Source: a bacterium (lineage in GTDB: Bacteria > Bdellovibrionota_C > UBA2361 > RFPC01). From it: DNA of 64,000 nucleotides. Both the position numbers and the translations under genes were made by a program. The notes below the pieces were generated by a model. That model did no database searches. It worked only from the letters and a program-made list of their open reading frames with translations, and was not told the origin of the DNA. Positions 29,839 to 38,705 of this stretch are shown here, piece by piece. The first letter of the stretch is position 1. Each line of letters starts with the position of its first letter. Where the stretch lies: assembly GCA_030431715.1 (NCBI GenBank), contig JAUIIO010000005.1:17542-81541 (forward strand). Direction: 5' to 3'.

Positions 29839-30615
29839 CTACTCAAGTTGTGACCACGCGCTATCAAAGAGCGTATTCAGGAGCGTTGCAAATTCTGGAT
29901 GTGTTATCCGGAGCGCTTGGCAGTTGTTATCTTTGTAAGATATGAGTGTTACCCGTTCGCGGGTAATGATGCAGTCACATTGGATGTAGAAATGTGATGG
30001 TGCTATCTTTACGAGGTGATTAGGGTTTTTTACGGCGCGTTTATAAGTGGTTGCTCTGGGGCCGGGGCGCGCTATCTCTTTAATGTTATGTTTTCCTTCC
30101 CTCGTTTCATTTAGTACTTCAAGTGCGAGCTTAAAGGCTGCTTTTGTCAGGAGCTGAGGGTCGAAGATGGAGTTAAAGCTCTCGTTTGTTAGGGATTCGT
30201 AAAGATGTTCGTAAACTCCTTTTTCGCCGGTAATTGTTTCTAGTTCGAAACCGTCTATCTTTCGTTCCTTTCCTTCTGGGATCTCCATGAAGAGTTTTTT
30301 AAGAGATGCCGTTGTGCTTTGAAGCTGTTTTATCTTGCGTGTGGCTTCTAGCTCGAGTGTGGATAAGAGCGTCTCTCTTGGAATTGGAGAGAACATCATC
30401 GTTTTAGCTGAGCGCGATCGGTTGATCAGGCCTCTATCCACGAGTGAGTGAAGCGCCGCATAGACGGAGCCTCTTTTAAGCGAACTTCTACGTGCTATAG
30501 AGCCAGCTGCAGAGCGTCCATGGGTAATGAGGTGTGCCAGAATCTCTGATTCGTTGGCTGGCAATCCGGAGTTTTGAAGGGCGATATCTAAAGTGTTGTC
30601 ATTCATATATGACAC
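29839..30615 (-). CDS. TrmB-like winged-helix transcriptional regulator
   Basis: N-terminal wHTH (ESEILAHLITHGRSAAGSIARRSSLKRGSVYAALHSLVDRGLI), coiled-coil linker, and a C-terminal effector-type domain. Divergent from the PBP gene at 30710. Confidence 0.45.
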   Translation of the reverse strand: MSYMNDNTLDIALQNSGLPANESEILAHLITHGRSAAGSIARRSSLKRGSVYAALHSLVDRGLINRSRSAKTMMFSPIPRETLLSTLELEATRKIKQLQSTTASLKKLFMEIPEGKERKIDGFELETITGEKGVYEHLYESLTNESFNSIFDPQLLTKAAFKLALEVLNETREGKHNIKEIARPGPRATTYKRAVKNPNHLVKIAPSHFYIQCDCIITRERVTLISYKDNNCQALRITHPEFATLLNTLFDSAWSQLE

Positions 30616-30709
30616 ATTATAGCACTATAACATACTGATAACAAAGATATATTGCAATTTATGTTTCTATCCATTTCCTAATAATGACAATCGAGGCACT
30701 ATCAAGCTC

Positions 30710-31780
30710 ATGAAAAACGTATTATATCAAACACTTCACTGCTCACTTTTTATTCTTCTTTCACTGTATTATCAGGCTGAGCTTCACGCTCAAGTCTCAG
30801 TGGGGGTAAGCGCTCCGCTCACTGGTATCTGCGCTGAGTATGGTACTTCAGTTAAGCGCGGCATTATTCTTGCTCAGAAAGAGCAAAAGAGCTCATCTGT
30901 TCGCTTTGTTTTTGAAGACAATGCATATGACGCTAGAAAGTCGATTAGTGCTTATCGCTCCCTAAAGGATATAAAGAAAGTGTCGGCCATATATTCGTGG
31001 GGAGAGATTCCTCTGGTTGCTGTCTCTAATCTTGCTGAAAAAGATCGCATGCCGTTACTGGTAATGTCCAATGATGATCGTCTGGCAAGAGATCGGAAGT
31101 ATATACTGAATATGCAACTTCCACCTGAGAAGTACGCTGCAGCATTGAAGTCACAGTTAGATAAAAAGGGGATAAAGAAAGTTGCCTTTCTCGTAGCAGA
31201 AGATCCCTTTACTGAGGCTATGGCCAGAGGGATGCGTGAACAGCCTGGGATGCAAGAAGGTATTGTGAGTGAAGTTTCCGTGAGCCCGGATCTTTCAGAT
31301 TTTCGATCTGAGATTTTAAAGCTTAAGAATAAATCATTTGATGCTCTTGGGGTCTATTTACTTCCTGGCCAAGTGGGAGTGTTTGCCAAACAGGCGCGTG
31401 CCGCTGGTATCGGAGCGTTTCTCTTTGGTGCAGATTCGTTTGAGAGTTCTACTGAGTATGCGCTATCCTCTGGTGCTCTTTCCGGTTCTCTCTATACCAA
31501 CATAGGTGTGCCGAATGAATTTGTCTCGAAGATAAAAGAATACTTTCCTTCTGAAGAGAAGCCTGGCTTTGTGTGGGATAGCTATCTCTTTGCAAAGGCA
31601 AGTATGCAGGTTTTTGAGAAGGGGCAAGTGAAAGATCCACTTACCATTACGAAGAGCTATCGGTCCGCAATTGGAGGGATGGGTATACAAGTACTAAAGA
31701 GTACTCATGGCATGGAGTACACAGATCTTCCTCTCGCATTAAGGACTTTTGATGCTAATGGAAAAGTTGCTGACTACTAA
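30710..31780 (+). CDS. Periplasmic substrate-binding protein, type-1 PBP fold (second orphan paralogue)
   Basis: Signal peptide and VSVGVSAPLTGICAEYGTSVKRGIILAQ; same fold as the gene at 13135. No transporter partners adjacent. Confidence 0.65.
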   Translation: MKNVLYQTLHCSLFILLSLYYQAELHAQVSVGVSAPLTGICAEYGTSVKRGIILAQKEQKSSSVRFVFEDNAYDARKSISAYRSLKDIKKVSAIYSWGEIPLVAVSNLAEKDRMPLLVMSNDDRLARDRKYILNMQLPPEKYAAALKSQLDKKGIKKVAFLVAEDPFTEAMARGMREQPGMQEGIVSEVSVSPDLSDFRSEILKLKNKSFDALGVYLLPGQVGVFAKQARAAGIGAFLFGADSFESSTEYALSSGALSGSLYTNIGVPNEFVSKIKEYFPSEEKPGFVWDSYLFAKASMQVFEKGQVKDPLTITKSYRSAIGGMGIQVLKSTHGMEYTDLPLALRTFDANGKVADY

Positions 31781-31810
31781 AGGGGCAATGCCTCTTTGAG
31801 GGATAGAGGC

Positions 31811-34012
31811 TTACGCTGCTTCAGACCAGATTCTTACCATGTCATTCACGCTTTCTGCGGGGAGAGCGTACCGTGCCCGAGATGCAGCCCGGCAAAGATC
31901 AGCGTGATGTTGAGCCGGAGTAAAACAGTCGAGTGTGCGGCCAGAGAACGCCTCACATGTTTCACCTTCCACCGGCATTTTTATTACAAAGTCGCGTAGC
32001 GATAAATTGATTAAGTCTGCTGCTGAAAATCTCTCAGAGAAGATACCTGATAAGCTGGCGGCATCTGCTCCTCCTACCTTCATTGAAATGATAGTGCCCA
32101 CATTTGAGAGAAGCGTCGCTCGAGTTTCATCATCAACCTGGGTAAGAAATTGGTTTGAAAGGGTGAGGCACAGTCCGAACTTTCTTGATTCACTGAGCAT
32201 CTCTTTGAGCGACGTAGTCGTAAATGTATGAAATTCATCTACGTATAAATGAAATGGCACCCGCTCGTCAGTAGGTATGTCGGAGCGGGTTAGGGCAGCC
32301 TGATAGATTCGCGCGAGAAAAAGTGAGCCGAGCAGAGCTGCGCTGGTATCACCGAGCACCCCCTTGGGGATCTTGATAAGCAGGATTCTCTGGGAATCCA
32401 TAATTTTTCTAAAGTTGAGCCGGTTAAGTGGCTGACAGAGCATGTCGTGCAGCGGATCCGGAGCAAGCAGCTCGCCTAGAAAGTTTAAGAGTGGGGATAT
32501 GACACCATCGTCTTGTTTTTCTCTGAGGGTGGGGAATTCGTTCTCCCAGTATGCAATGAGATCTTTGTTTGTTAGGTGCGCGATTGTCCATTTTCGATAT
32601 TCGCTGCTTGCGAGGATTTTAAGCATGGTTTCAAGTGTTCCACCCGGAATTTGAAGTATGGTTTCAAGGCTTTTATGGAGTAAGCGCTGGAGGTTTTCTG
32701 ACCAGACGTTTCCTAGCACTTTTTTAAACGATTCAAGGAGGGTAGCGCATACTTTTGGTTGTTCGAGTTCGGGAACCTGCGCAACTGGATTAAAGCTTAC
32801 CGGATATGCGGTATCAGTAGGATCGACTAAGACAACATCATCTACTCTATCTTCGGGAACATGCTTCAAGATATCATCGACGAGGTCGCCGTGGGGGTCT
32901 ATGACGGCAAGTCCTTGTCGTTGGTGTATGTCAGTTTTTGCCAGAAGTTCAAACAGTTTAGATTTTCCCGATCCTGTTTGTCCGACAACGTAGGCGTGAC
33001 GAGAGCGGTCATTCTTATTGAGTCCAAAAAGAGTCGATCGCTCACGGTACATATTTTCTGCGAACACAGTTGTATCTTTAGAGAGTGGATTTCCACTTGC
33101 CGCAGCGGGAGGGTTGTTCTTTCTCGAGAGAATGGACTCAATATTTAATCCATCATCGACATCAGGCAGGTGCCACAGGGTAGAAAGTTCAGAGGCGGTG
33201 AGTCGATAAGGTTTGTGGTATTCGCGATCTTGCAGGAAGTGGAGTGCTTCGGGGCCCGTCTTCGACTTGCTCGGCAAGAGTTTGTTTAAGGAAGAGGAGG
33301 CACACTCTGTGTATCCTCCTTTGATAATCAGGCGGATGAGGTCTTGAGGAGATTGCTCGTACTCACCATCTGCTGGAAGCATAGCGCAAATGCGACCGCT
33401 AAATCCAAAAAGGAGGTCATTAACCTTGTTGTCGATTGCCTCAAATCGCATGGTGAGACCGTGCTCTTTTACCCAGAACTTGGGTTTGCGGATATGAGAG
33501 AGTTTGCTCAGGACTGCATCTTTCTTAAGCCCGGCCCGTAGCAAGGCGGAGTCTTTAATGGGGCAGCATACGAATTGTAAGATATATTTCCCCTCGTACG
33601 GAAGCCTTGTCAGTGTTGTAAGTAGGGCGCTGAGTGAGTCTTGCTGTAGATATGATGCGTCTTTAAAAGGAATAATGTCTTTTTCGCGTAACCGAATCTC
33701 AGACGTTGCTATGCTCCAGTGGTGTGGATTGACCTTTGTAAAATCCGGACGCTCTTCGATCTGTATGCCGGGATAAATGGCGTAGAGCGAACCGTTAATG
33801 ATATCGATCGTTTGAGAGTGAGCAGTAATGTAAAAGGTTGTGATCTGTCTGTGGCAGTAGATTTCGAATGAAAAGAGTTCGTCTATTGAGCTTGCGTACT
33901 CCTTAAGGGCCTGCATAAAAGTTTTTTGCCGGGTTACTTGCCAGACCGTCTCGACGATAGCTCGTGCTTCGCCGTAGGATTCTCTGGGGATAATGATGGC
34001 TACGGTCTTCAT
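31811..34012 (-). CDS. Solitary HerA/FtsK-superfamily P-loop ATPase with an uncharacterised ~330-aa N-terminal region
   Basis: Walker A at HAYVVGQTGSGKSKL, Walker B at FHLYVDEFH, sensor-like TLSNQF. These resemble HerA (DUF87) and TraD/VirD4-like (AAA_10) ATPases. No TM segments. The N-terminal third has no motif I can recognise. Confidence 0.6.
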   Translation of the reverse strand: MKTVAIIIPRESYGEARAIVETVWQVTRQKTFMQALKEYASSIDELFSFEIYCHRQITTFYITAHSQTIDIINGSLYAIYPGIQIEERPDFTKVNPHHWSIATSEIRLREKDIIPFKDASYLQQDSLSALLTTLTRLPYEGKYILQFVCCPIKDSALLRAGLKKDAVLSKLSHIRKPKFWVKEHGLTMRFEAIDNKVNDLLFGFSGRICAMLPADGEYEQSPQDLIRLIIKGGYTECASSSLNKLLPSKSKTGPEALHFLQDREYHKPYRLTASELSTLWHLPDVDDGLNIESILSRKNNPPAAASGNPLSKDTTVFAENMYRERSTLFGLNKNDRSRHAYVVGQTGSGKSKLFELLAKTDIHQRQGLAVIDPHGDLVDDILKHVPEDRVDDVVLVDPTDTAYPVSFNPVAQVPELEQPKVCATLLESFKKVLGNVWSENLQRLLHKSLETILQIPGGTLETMLKILASSEYRKWTIAHLTNKDLIAYWENEFPTLREKQDDGVISPLLNFLGELLAPDPLHDMLCQPLNRLNFRKIMDSQRILLIKIPKGVLGDTSAALLGSLFLARIYQAALTRSDIPTDERVPFHLYVDEFHTFTTTSLKEMLSESRKFGLCLTLSNQFLTQVDDETRATLLSNVGTIISMKVGGADAASLSGIFSERFSAADLINLSLRDFVIKMPVEGETCEAFSGRTLDCFTPAQHHADLCRAASRARYALPAESVNDMVRIWSEAA

Positions 34013-34019
34013 AAAACTG

Positions 34020-34520
34020 TTATTAAGTGCGTTTTATAGTGTGTGTCTGGATAGTAAAAAAAGACCTACCGGGGGAGGTAGAGATTACATCATATAAATC
34101 CGATTATGGGATTAGCCGGGTATTGAAGCAACCTAAATGCAAGTAATTGCAGATATTTAACGCTGAACTAACCTTGCGCTAACACTATCTAAACAATCCA
34201 CAGTTTTATAGTCGTTAGAATTTAATCTTCTTGTATATTTCTAGGTACATACATAGTAAGTCCCTGAGTATATTAAGATAACTTAACTCTTTAAAAATTC
34301 AGTTACTTTTTCAACTTATGCCTGGCATTTCCTAATAAATTAAGGTAGTCATATCATTTAACAGGCCCTTACTGGGTTAGGGTGCTGTTTCAAAGGTAGG
34401 GAGTTTTTCCTCGCTTTTGTGAGTGGCAACATTAATTTAGGATGTTGTAGCGGTAAGTTGTTAATTTTATAATATTTCGTATTCGCTATTGAATACTAGA
34501 ATATATCATTGGGAAGTTAG
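34020..34520. promoter_or_regulatory. ~500-bp AT-rich non-coding leader between the ATPase gene and the HU/IHF gene; may hold promoters or a small RNA
   Basis: No ORF on either strand; AT content far above the window average. A CTACC-gggga-GGTAG hairpin plus a T-run on the minus strand at 34057-34082 would stop a leftward transcript just before the ATPase start. Confidence 0.4.
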
Positions 34521-34524
34521 GTAA

Positions 34525-34836
34525 GTGAATAAGTCAGAGCTCATAGAAAAATTAGCAGAAAAGTCAGGAATTAACGTAATGCAGGCCGAAGAGATCGTTA
34601 ATCTCATCTATCGTAAGATGAGAGATACGATGGTGAACGGCGGACGTATTGAGATACGTGGGTTTGGTAGCTTTGTCGTTAAGGATTACGGAGCTTACCA
34701 AGGGCGTAACCCGAAAACAGGTCAGAAGATAGACGTTCCGCCAAAGAGACTCCCTTTCTTTAAGGTCGGAAAAGAGCTCAAAGAGCGCATAGATAGCATT
34801 GATGAGAATCCTTCTTCCGGGGAAGCCGCATCGTAA
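34525..34836 (+). CDS. HU/IHF-family DNA-binding protein (IHF-beta-like)
   Basis: MNKSELIEKLAEK...RIEIRGFGSFVVKDYGAYQGRNPKTGQKIDVPPKRLPFFKVGKELKERI is a canonical HU/IHF fold with the RNP arm. Confidence 0.85.
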   Translation: MNKSELIEKLAEKSGINVMQAEEIVNLIYRKMRDTMVNGGRIEIRGFGSFVVKDYGAYQGRNPKTGQKIDVPPKRLPFFKVGKELKERIDSIDENPSSGEAAS

Positions 34837-34983
34837 AACTCTGTGGAGTGTGACTGGTGGGGCCAGCTAGTGTGTTCCCGGTGAGCTTTCGGTGGTATTT
34901 TTCGCATACTTGTTCCACGTTGCGAATGTATATAGTATATAAAGGATCTGGTTAATAATTAAGTAATTTATGAAAGGGGTTAT

Positions 34984-35367
34984 ATGTCCATAGACTGGTT
35001 GAACGATCTTGAGAGAGATATAGATAACGGAAAAGAGATCTTCGCTTGTCCCGGGGTAGGTAGAAACCAGTGGGTCGTAAGTGATGTAATGGAAGAGCTG
35101 CTTAAGACAGCTAAGCGTTCTGCTGGACATAAAAAGCTGCCGGTGAATATCGTTCGCCTCATATCAAGGCACGATACGATTTCAGGGGACCTTTTCCTTG
35201 TACCGACGAAGATCGGAGACCCCGGTCCTCGTGGTGAGGCTCAAGTCGAGTGGTCAACTGTTGAAACAAAAGAGGCTTCAGAGATGATGCGTGACGTACG
35301 TCACGGTCCTTCGCCTTTTTTCGGTATGCAGGTTGAGCAGACAATTGAGCCCGAGAACGTAGAGTAA
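34984..35367 (+). CDS. Hypothetical protein (127 aa)
   Basis: ORF with a plausible RBS (aaagggg); no motifs. Confidence 0.4.
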   Translation: MSIDWLNDLERDIDNGKEIFACPGVGRNQWVVSDVMEELLKTAKRSAGHKKLPVNIVRLISRHDTISGDLFLVPTKIGDPGPRGEAQVEWSTVETKEASEMMRDVRHGPSPFFGMQVEQTIEPENVE

Positions 35368-35379
35368 ATTTTTTTCTTA

Positions 35380-35649
35380 ATGAAAATTCCTCATAGAGTT
35401 CAGATAGATTGCATTGTGACCTCACGTTATGACGGTGAGGTGCGGCCTGCTTCGTGGGATAGTCGTGCGGGTGGAGTCGACGTGGTGAAGACCGTCGATG
35501 GAGATACCTTACGTCTGTGTAGCGAGGCGGGTCAAAATACTCCTCAACCCGGCTGGGTGATTCTTCTTACTGCCGGAGATGCTGAGTCAGGCTATGCATG
35601 GACCCTTTATGGAATGCCCGTAGCTGCGGACGCCTCGGGCGCTCATTAG
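35380..35649 (+). CDS. Hypothetical protein (89 aa)
   Basis: ORF only; 12 bp after the previous gene. Confidence 0.35.
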   Translation: MKIPHRVQIDCIVTSRYDGEVRPASWDSRAGGVDVVKTVDGDTLRLCSEAGQNTPQPGWVILLTAGDAESGYAWTLYGMPVAADASGAH

Positions 35650-35654
35650 TAGCT

Positions 35655-35865
35655 AATTAATTCCTCCTCCTAGTCCTTCTCTTCATCCTCATCCTGCACT
35701 TGCACCTTTTCTATCTCCAGCTTTTTTGCTGAAACCTCTTCCGTGTCCACACCAAAAGCTGACCCTGCTTGACGAATAGGTGTATTCGTCCGAAGGAGGG
35801 GAGAGATTTAGTGCAAGTGCAAGATTAAGAGGAAGAAGAAGATTAAGAGGAAGAGAGCACTCGCT
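35655..35865. repeat. Large hairpin repeat with CT-hexamer/TGCAC arms
   Basis: Left arm cctcctcctagtccttctcttcatcctcatcctgcacttgcacc; right arm agtgcaagtgcaagattaagaggaagaagaagattaagaggaagagag is an imperfect reverse complement; about 100-nt loop. The word TCCTCATCCTGCACTTGCAC recurs near 2700, 42848 and 42930. Confidence 0.7.
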
Positions 35866-35868
35866 CTT

Positions 35869-36660
35869 TTAGGATTCCCCGTTGTTGGGAAGTATTTGAA
35901 TAACGGGTTGCTCCGCAAAAAGCGGTGGGTAGTTAAGCTCTGCAGATTTGTATATTTCAGGAGTAAAAGAGATATCACACAGGTAGTGCCGACCAGCATA
36001 CTGACCACCTGCCTGCAGCCCAACAAGTGGGGCTCCCAGTGACAGAGTTGATGAAGCAAAAAGCGGTACGTATGATTTCTTGCCTGTTGTCTCGCAAATT
36101 CCCAGTGGGCACTCTATCGCATGTATTGGTGTGCTAATCTCATTTAAAATTTCAACAACACTGGCTTCAAAAGCACTTTGCTCGGTATCTGGTCGATAAA
36201 GACCACAGATGCTGTTGTGACACTGCACGAGAAGATCTTGAACAAGAGAGTGCTGTTCTTCCTCATGCCAGTACTCCATGCTGACGTTCATCTGTTCGAG
36301 CGGTTGCAGAACGCGGGTGAAAAGCTCGCTGGGTGTTTTCTCCTTTATTGCTTTTCCGACAAAGAGTACCACTCCCTGTGACCCACCGTTTACCAGATGT
36401 CTGAGTGTCGTAAGTGCCACTGCGCCACTTAGGCTGTCATTCACAAGAGCGCAGACTTGGCCTTCTAGCGCAGAGAGTCCCAGAGCGAAGCGAACAACCA
36501 TTGCCATGCTAAAACCGGCGGCTTCAGCGATCTGAAGATCGGTTAGCCCGTACTCATCACGAAGTCGGGCATGCATTCCGTGAAGGGTGTCGGGGGTAAC
36601 GCCTCGTAAGGGGAGCGCTGTTTTGGTAGTAAAGTGTGCGTTCTCAGGAGATATCGTCAT
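35869..36660 (-). CDS. YjeF-N-terminal-domain-like protein (degenerate NAD(P)H-hydrate epimerase fold)
   Basis: LTDLQIAEAAGFSMAMVVRF and ...LRHLVNGGSQGVVLFVGK resemble YjeF_N, but the GNNGGDG motif is replaced by NDSLSGAV. Confidence 0.4.
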   Translation of the reverse strand: MTISPENAHFTTKTALPLRGVTPDTLHGMHARLRDEYGLTDLQIAEAAGFSMAMVVRFALGLSALEGQVCALVNDSLSGAVALTTLRHLVNGGSQGVVLFVGKAIKEKTPSELFTRVLQPLEQMNVSMEYWHEEEQHSLVQDLLVQCHNSICGLYRPDTEQSAFEASVVEILNEISTPIHAIECPLGICETTGKKSYVPLFASSTLSLGAPLVGLQAGGQYAGRHYLCDISFTPEIYKSAELNYPPLFAEQPVIQILPNNGES

Positions 36661-36728
36661 AGGAAAGATGTCGCGTTCATAGACTCTTTAAGGCTTTTAT
36701 GTATACTACCGGTATATAATAGACACCG

Positions 36729-37790
36729 TTGTCGCCTGCTGAAAAGCTTTTATGTGATATTGCTATGAATTTGAATAAGCCACTTCCATCTGAACCTGTA
36801 ATTGCCATCGTTGGTGCAACCGGTGTTGTCGGCAGCGAGATGCTCAGCATTCTTGAAGAGCGTAATGTGCCCTGTCGTTCAGTAAAGCTCCTTGCCTCGA
36901 AAGACTCAGCCGGCGAAATGTATTCGTTTAATGGAGGTGAGTGTGAGGTTGAAGAGCTCACTGCTGAGAGTTTTCAAGGGGTAGATATTGCACTATTTGC
37001 GACTAGCGGTGCTCTTTCCGCAGAGTTTGTTCCAATAGCCGTAGAATCAGGGGCAATCGTTATTGATAATTCCAGTCACTATCGTATGCAAGAGGGAGTG
37101 CCACTTCTAGTTCCTGAGGTGAATAGGGTAGCTCTTACCAAGAATGATCCTATAATCGCTAATCCAAATTGTTCTACGGCACAGTTGGTCCCTGTTTTAG
37201 ATATTATTCACAAAAATGCAGGTTTAAAGCGCGTAGTGGTTTCTACGTATCAGGCTGTTTCCGGTGCCGGCAAGGCTGCCCTTGATGAGCTCTGGGAGCA
37301 AACGCGCGCCGTTTTCACACAAAAGGAAACTGAAAGTGAAGCCTTTGCTCACCCGATAGCTTTTAATTGTATTCCTCAGATAGATACCTTACTTGAGGAT
37401 GGCTACACCAAAGAAGAGATGAAGGTTGTAGATGAGTCAAGAAAGATTCTGGGTCTTCCAGATCTAAAGATTACCTGCACCGCAGTACGTGTTCCAGTTT
37501 TTCACTGTCACGCCGAAAGCGTGAATGTTGAGACAGAGAAGCCATTATCAGAACAAGAGCTCACGACTCTCTTAGAGAATGCGCCGGGGATAGAGGTTTA
37601 TGCGAATCATAACGAATTCCCTATGCAAATTGATTGTGCATCGAAGGACCCAATCTTTGTTGGTCGTATTCGAAAAGATTCATCTGTAGAGAATGGGCTC
37701 AATATTTGGATAGTCGCTGATAATTTAAGAAAAGGAGCTGCTCTAAATGCCGTTCAAATTCTTGAGCTCCTCCTTGAAAAAGAGCATTAA
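36729..37790 (+). CDS. asd: Aspartate-semialdehyde dehydrogenase
   Basis: IAIVGATGVVG Rossmann motif and the NPNCSTAQ active-site Cys block; 353 aa. Confidence 0.9.
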   Translation: MSPAEKLLCDIAMNLNKPLPSEPVIAIVGATGVVGSEMLSILEERNVPCRSVKLLASKDSAGEMYSFNGGECEVEELTAESFQGVDIALFATSGALSAEFVPIAVESGAIVIDNSSHYRMQEGVPLLVPEVNRVALTKNDPIIANPNCSTAQLVPVLDIIHKNAGLKRVVVSTYQAVSGAGKAALDELWEQTRAVFTQKETESEAFAHPIAFNCIPQIDTLLEDGYTKEEMKVVDESRKILGLPDLKITCTAVRVPVFHCHAESVNVETEKPLSEQELTTLLENAPGIEVYANHNEFPMQIDCASKDPIFVGRIRKDSSVENGLNIWIVADNLRKGAALNAVQILELLLEKEH

Positions 37791-37822
37791 GAGCCGTTTC
37801 TGCCTGAAAGTCGGAGGATTCC

Positions 37823-38584
37823 TTGCCTAATATACGACTTGTGCTTGAATACGACGGGACGCGATTCGCAGGATGGCAGGTACAACCCGGTCAGCGTACG
37901 ATACAGGAAGAGTTGCGAAAGGCGCTTGAGACCATATGTGGGGAATCTCTTAAAAATCCACTGGCCTCTGGACGAACCGATGCTGGTGTTCACGCCAGAA
38001 GGCAGGTCGTAAATGTTCATCTGCCGTCTGATGCACCACCCCTTACAAGGATTCAGCACGGAGTGAGCAATATCTTAAAAAATGAGGTTTCTGTAGTTTC
38101 GGCTGAAGTTGTTTCAGATGACTTTCACGCCGTGAAAAATTCAGTAGAGAAGCAGTATACCTATCATATCTTTCACCGTCCTGCTCCGCCTACATATGAC
38201 TATGGCCACGTGTTACACATTGCATCTTCTCTCGATATTGAGACGATGAATCGTGAAGCAGCTTCTCTTATTGGCGAGCATGATTACACAAGTTTTCGCG
38301 CCTCTGGCTGTGGCGCCAAGCACGCGCGCCGTGAAGTTTTCTATTCTGCCTTTGAATACCGTAATCCGCATCTCGTGTTTACGATCCGTGGCAACGGCTT
38401 TTTAAAACAGATGGTGCGAAATATAGTTGGCACCCTTGTGGCCATTGGGCGTGGAAAAATGACGAAAAGCATAGAGGAGATCTTGAAGGCCGAAGACCGA
38501 ACTCTCGCTGGGCCAACCGCACCGGCACATGCCCTTTTCCTAGATTGGGTTAAATACGATGATGGCTTCATCAGCAATCTTTAG
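37823..38584 (+). CDS. truA: tRNA pseudouridine(38-40) synthase TruA
   Basis: RLVLEYDGTRFAGWQ, catalytic GRTDAGVHA; 253 aa. Confidence 0.9.
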   Translation: MPNIRLVLEYDGTRFAGWQVQPGQRTIQEELRKALETICGESLKNPLASGRTDAGVHARRQVVNVHLPSDAPPLTRIQHGVSNILKNEVSVVSAEVVSDDFHAVKNSVEKQYTYHIFHRPAPPTYDYGHVLHIASSLDIETMNREAASLIGEHDYTSFRASGCGAKHARREVFYSAFEYRNPHLVFTIRGNGFLKQMVRNIVGTLVAIGRGKMTKSIEEILKAEDRTLAGPTAPAHALFLDWVKYDDGFISNL

Positions 38585-38705
38585 ATATTTCACAATGATC
38601 CTCATTTGTTCGAGGGCAAGTAAGGACCTGTCCCTAGACCTCTTTGTGCTCTTAGCTTCCTTTGCGGTTAAAAGTGTTCCATCTAAGATGCATCCCTAGG
38701 GCAAT

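Noticed and set aside
34380-34420. SRP-RNA-like or other known structured-RNA motifs in the AT-rich tract (ggtgctgtttcaaagg...)
   Set aside because: I could not find the conserved SRP domain-IV, tmRNA, RNase P or 6S signatures by eye. I retain it only as a generic sRNA or leader candidate.
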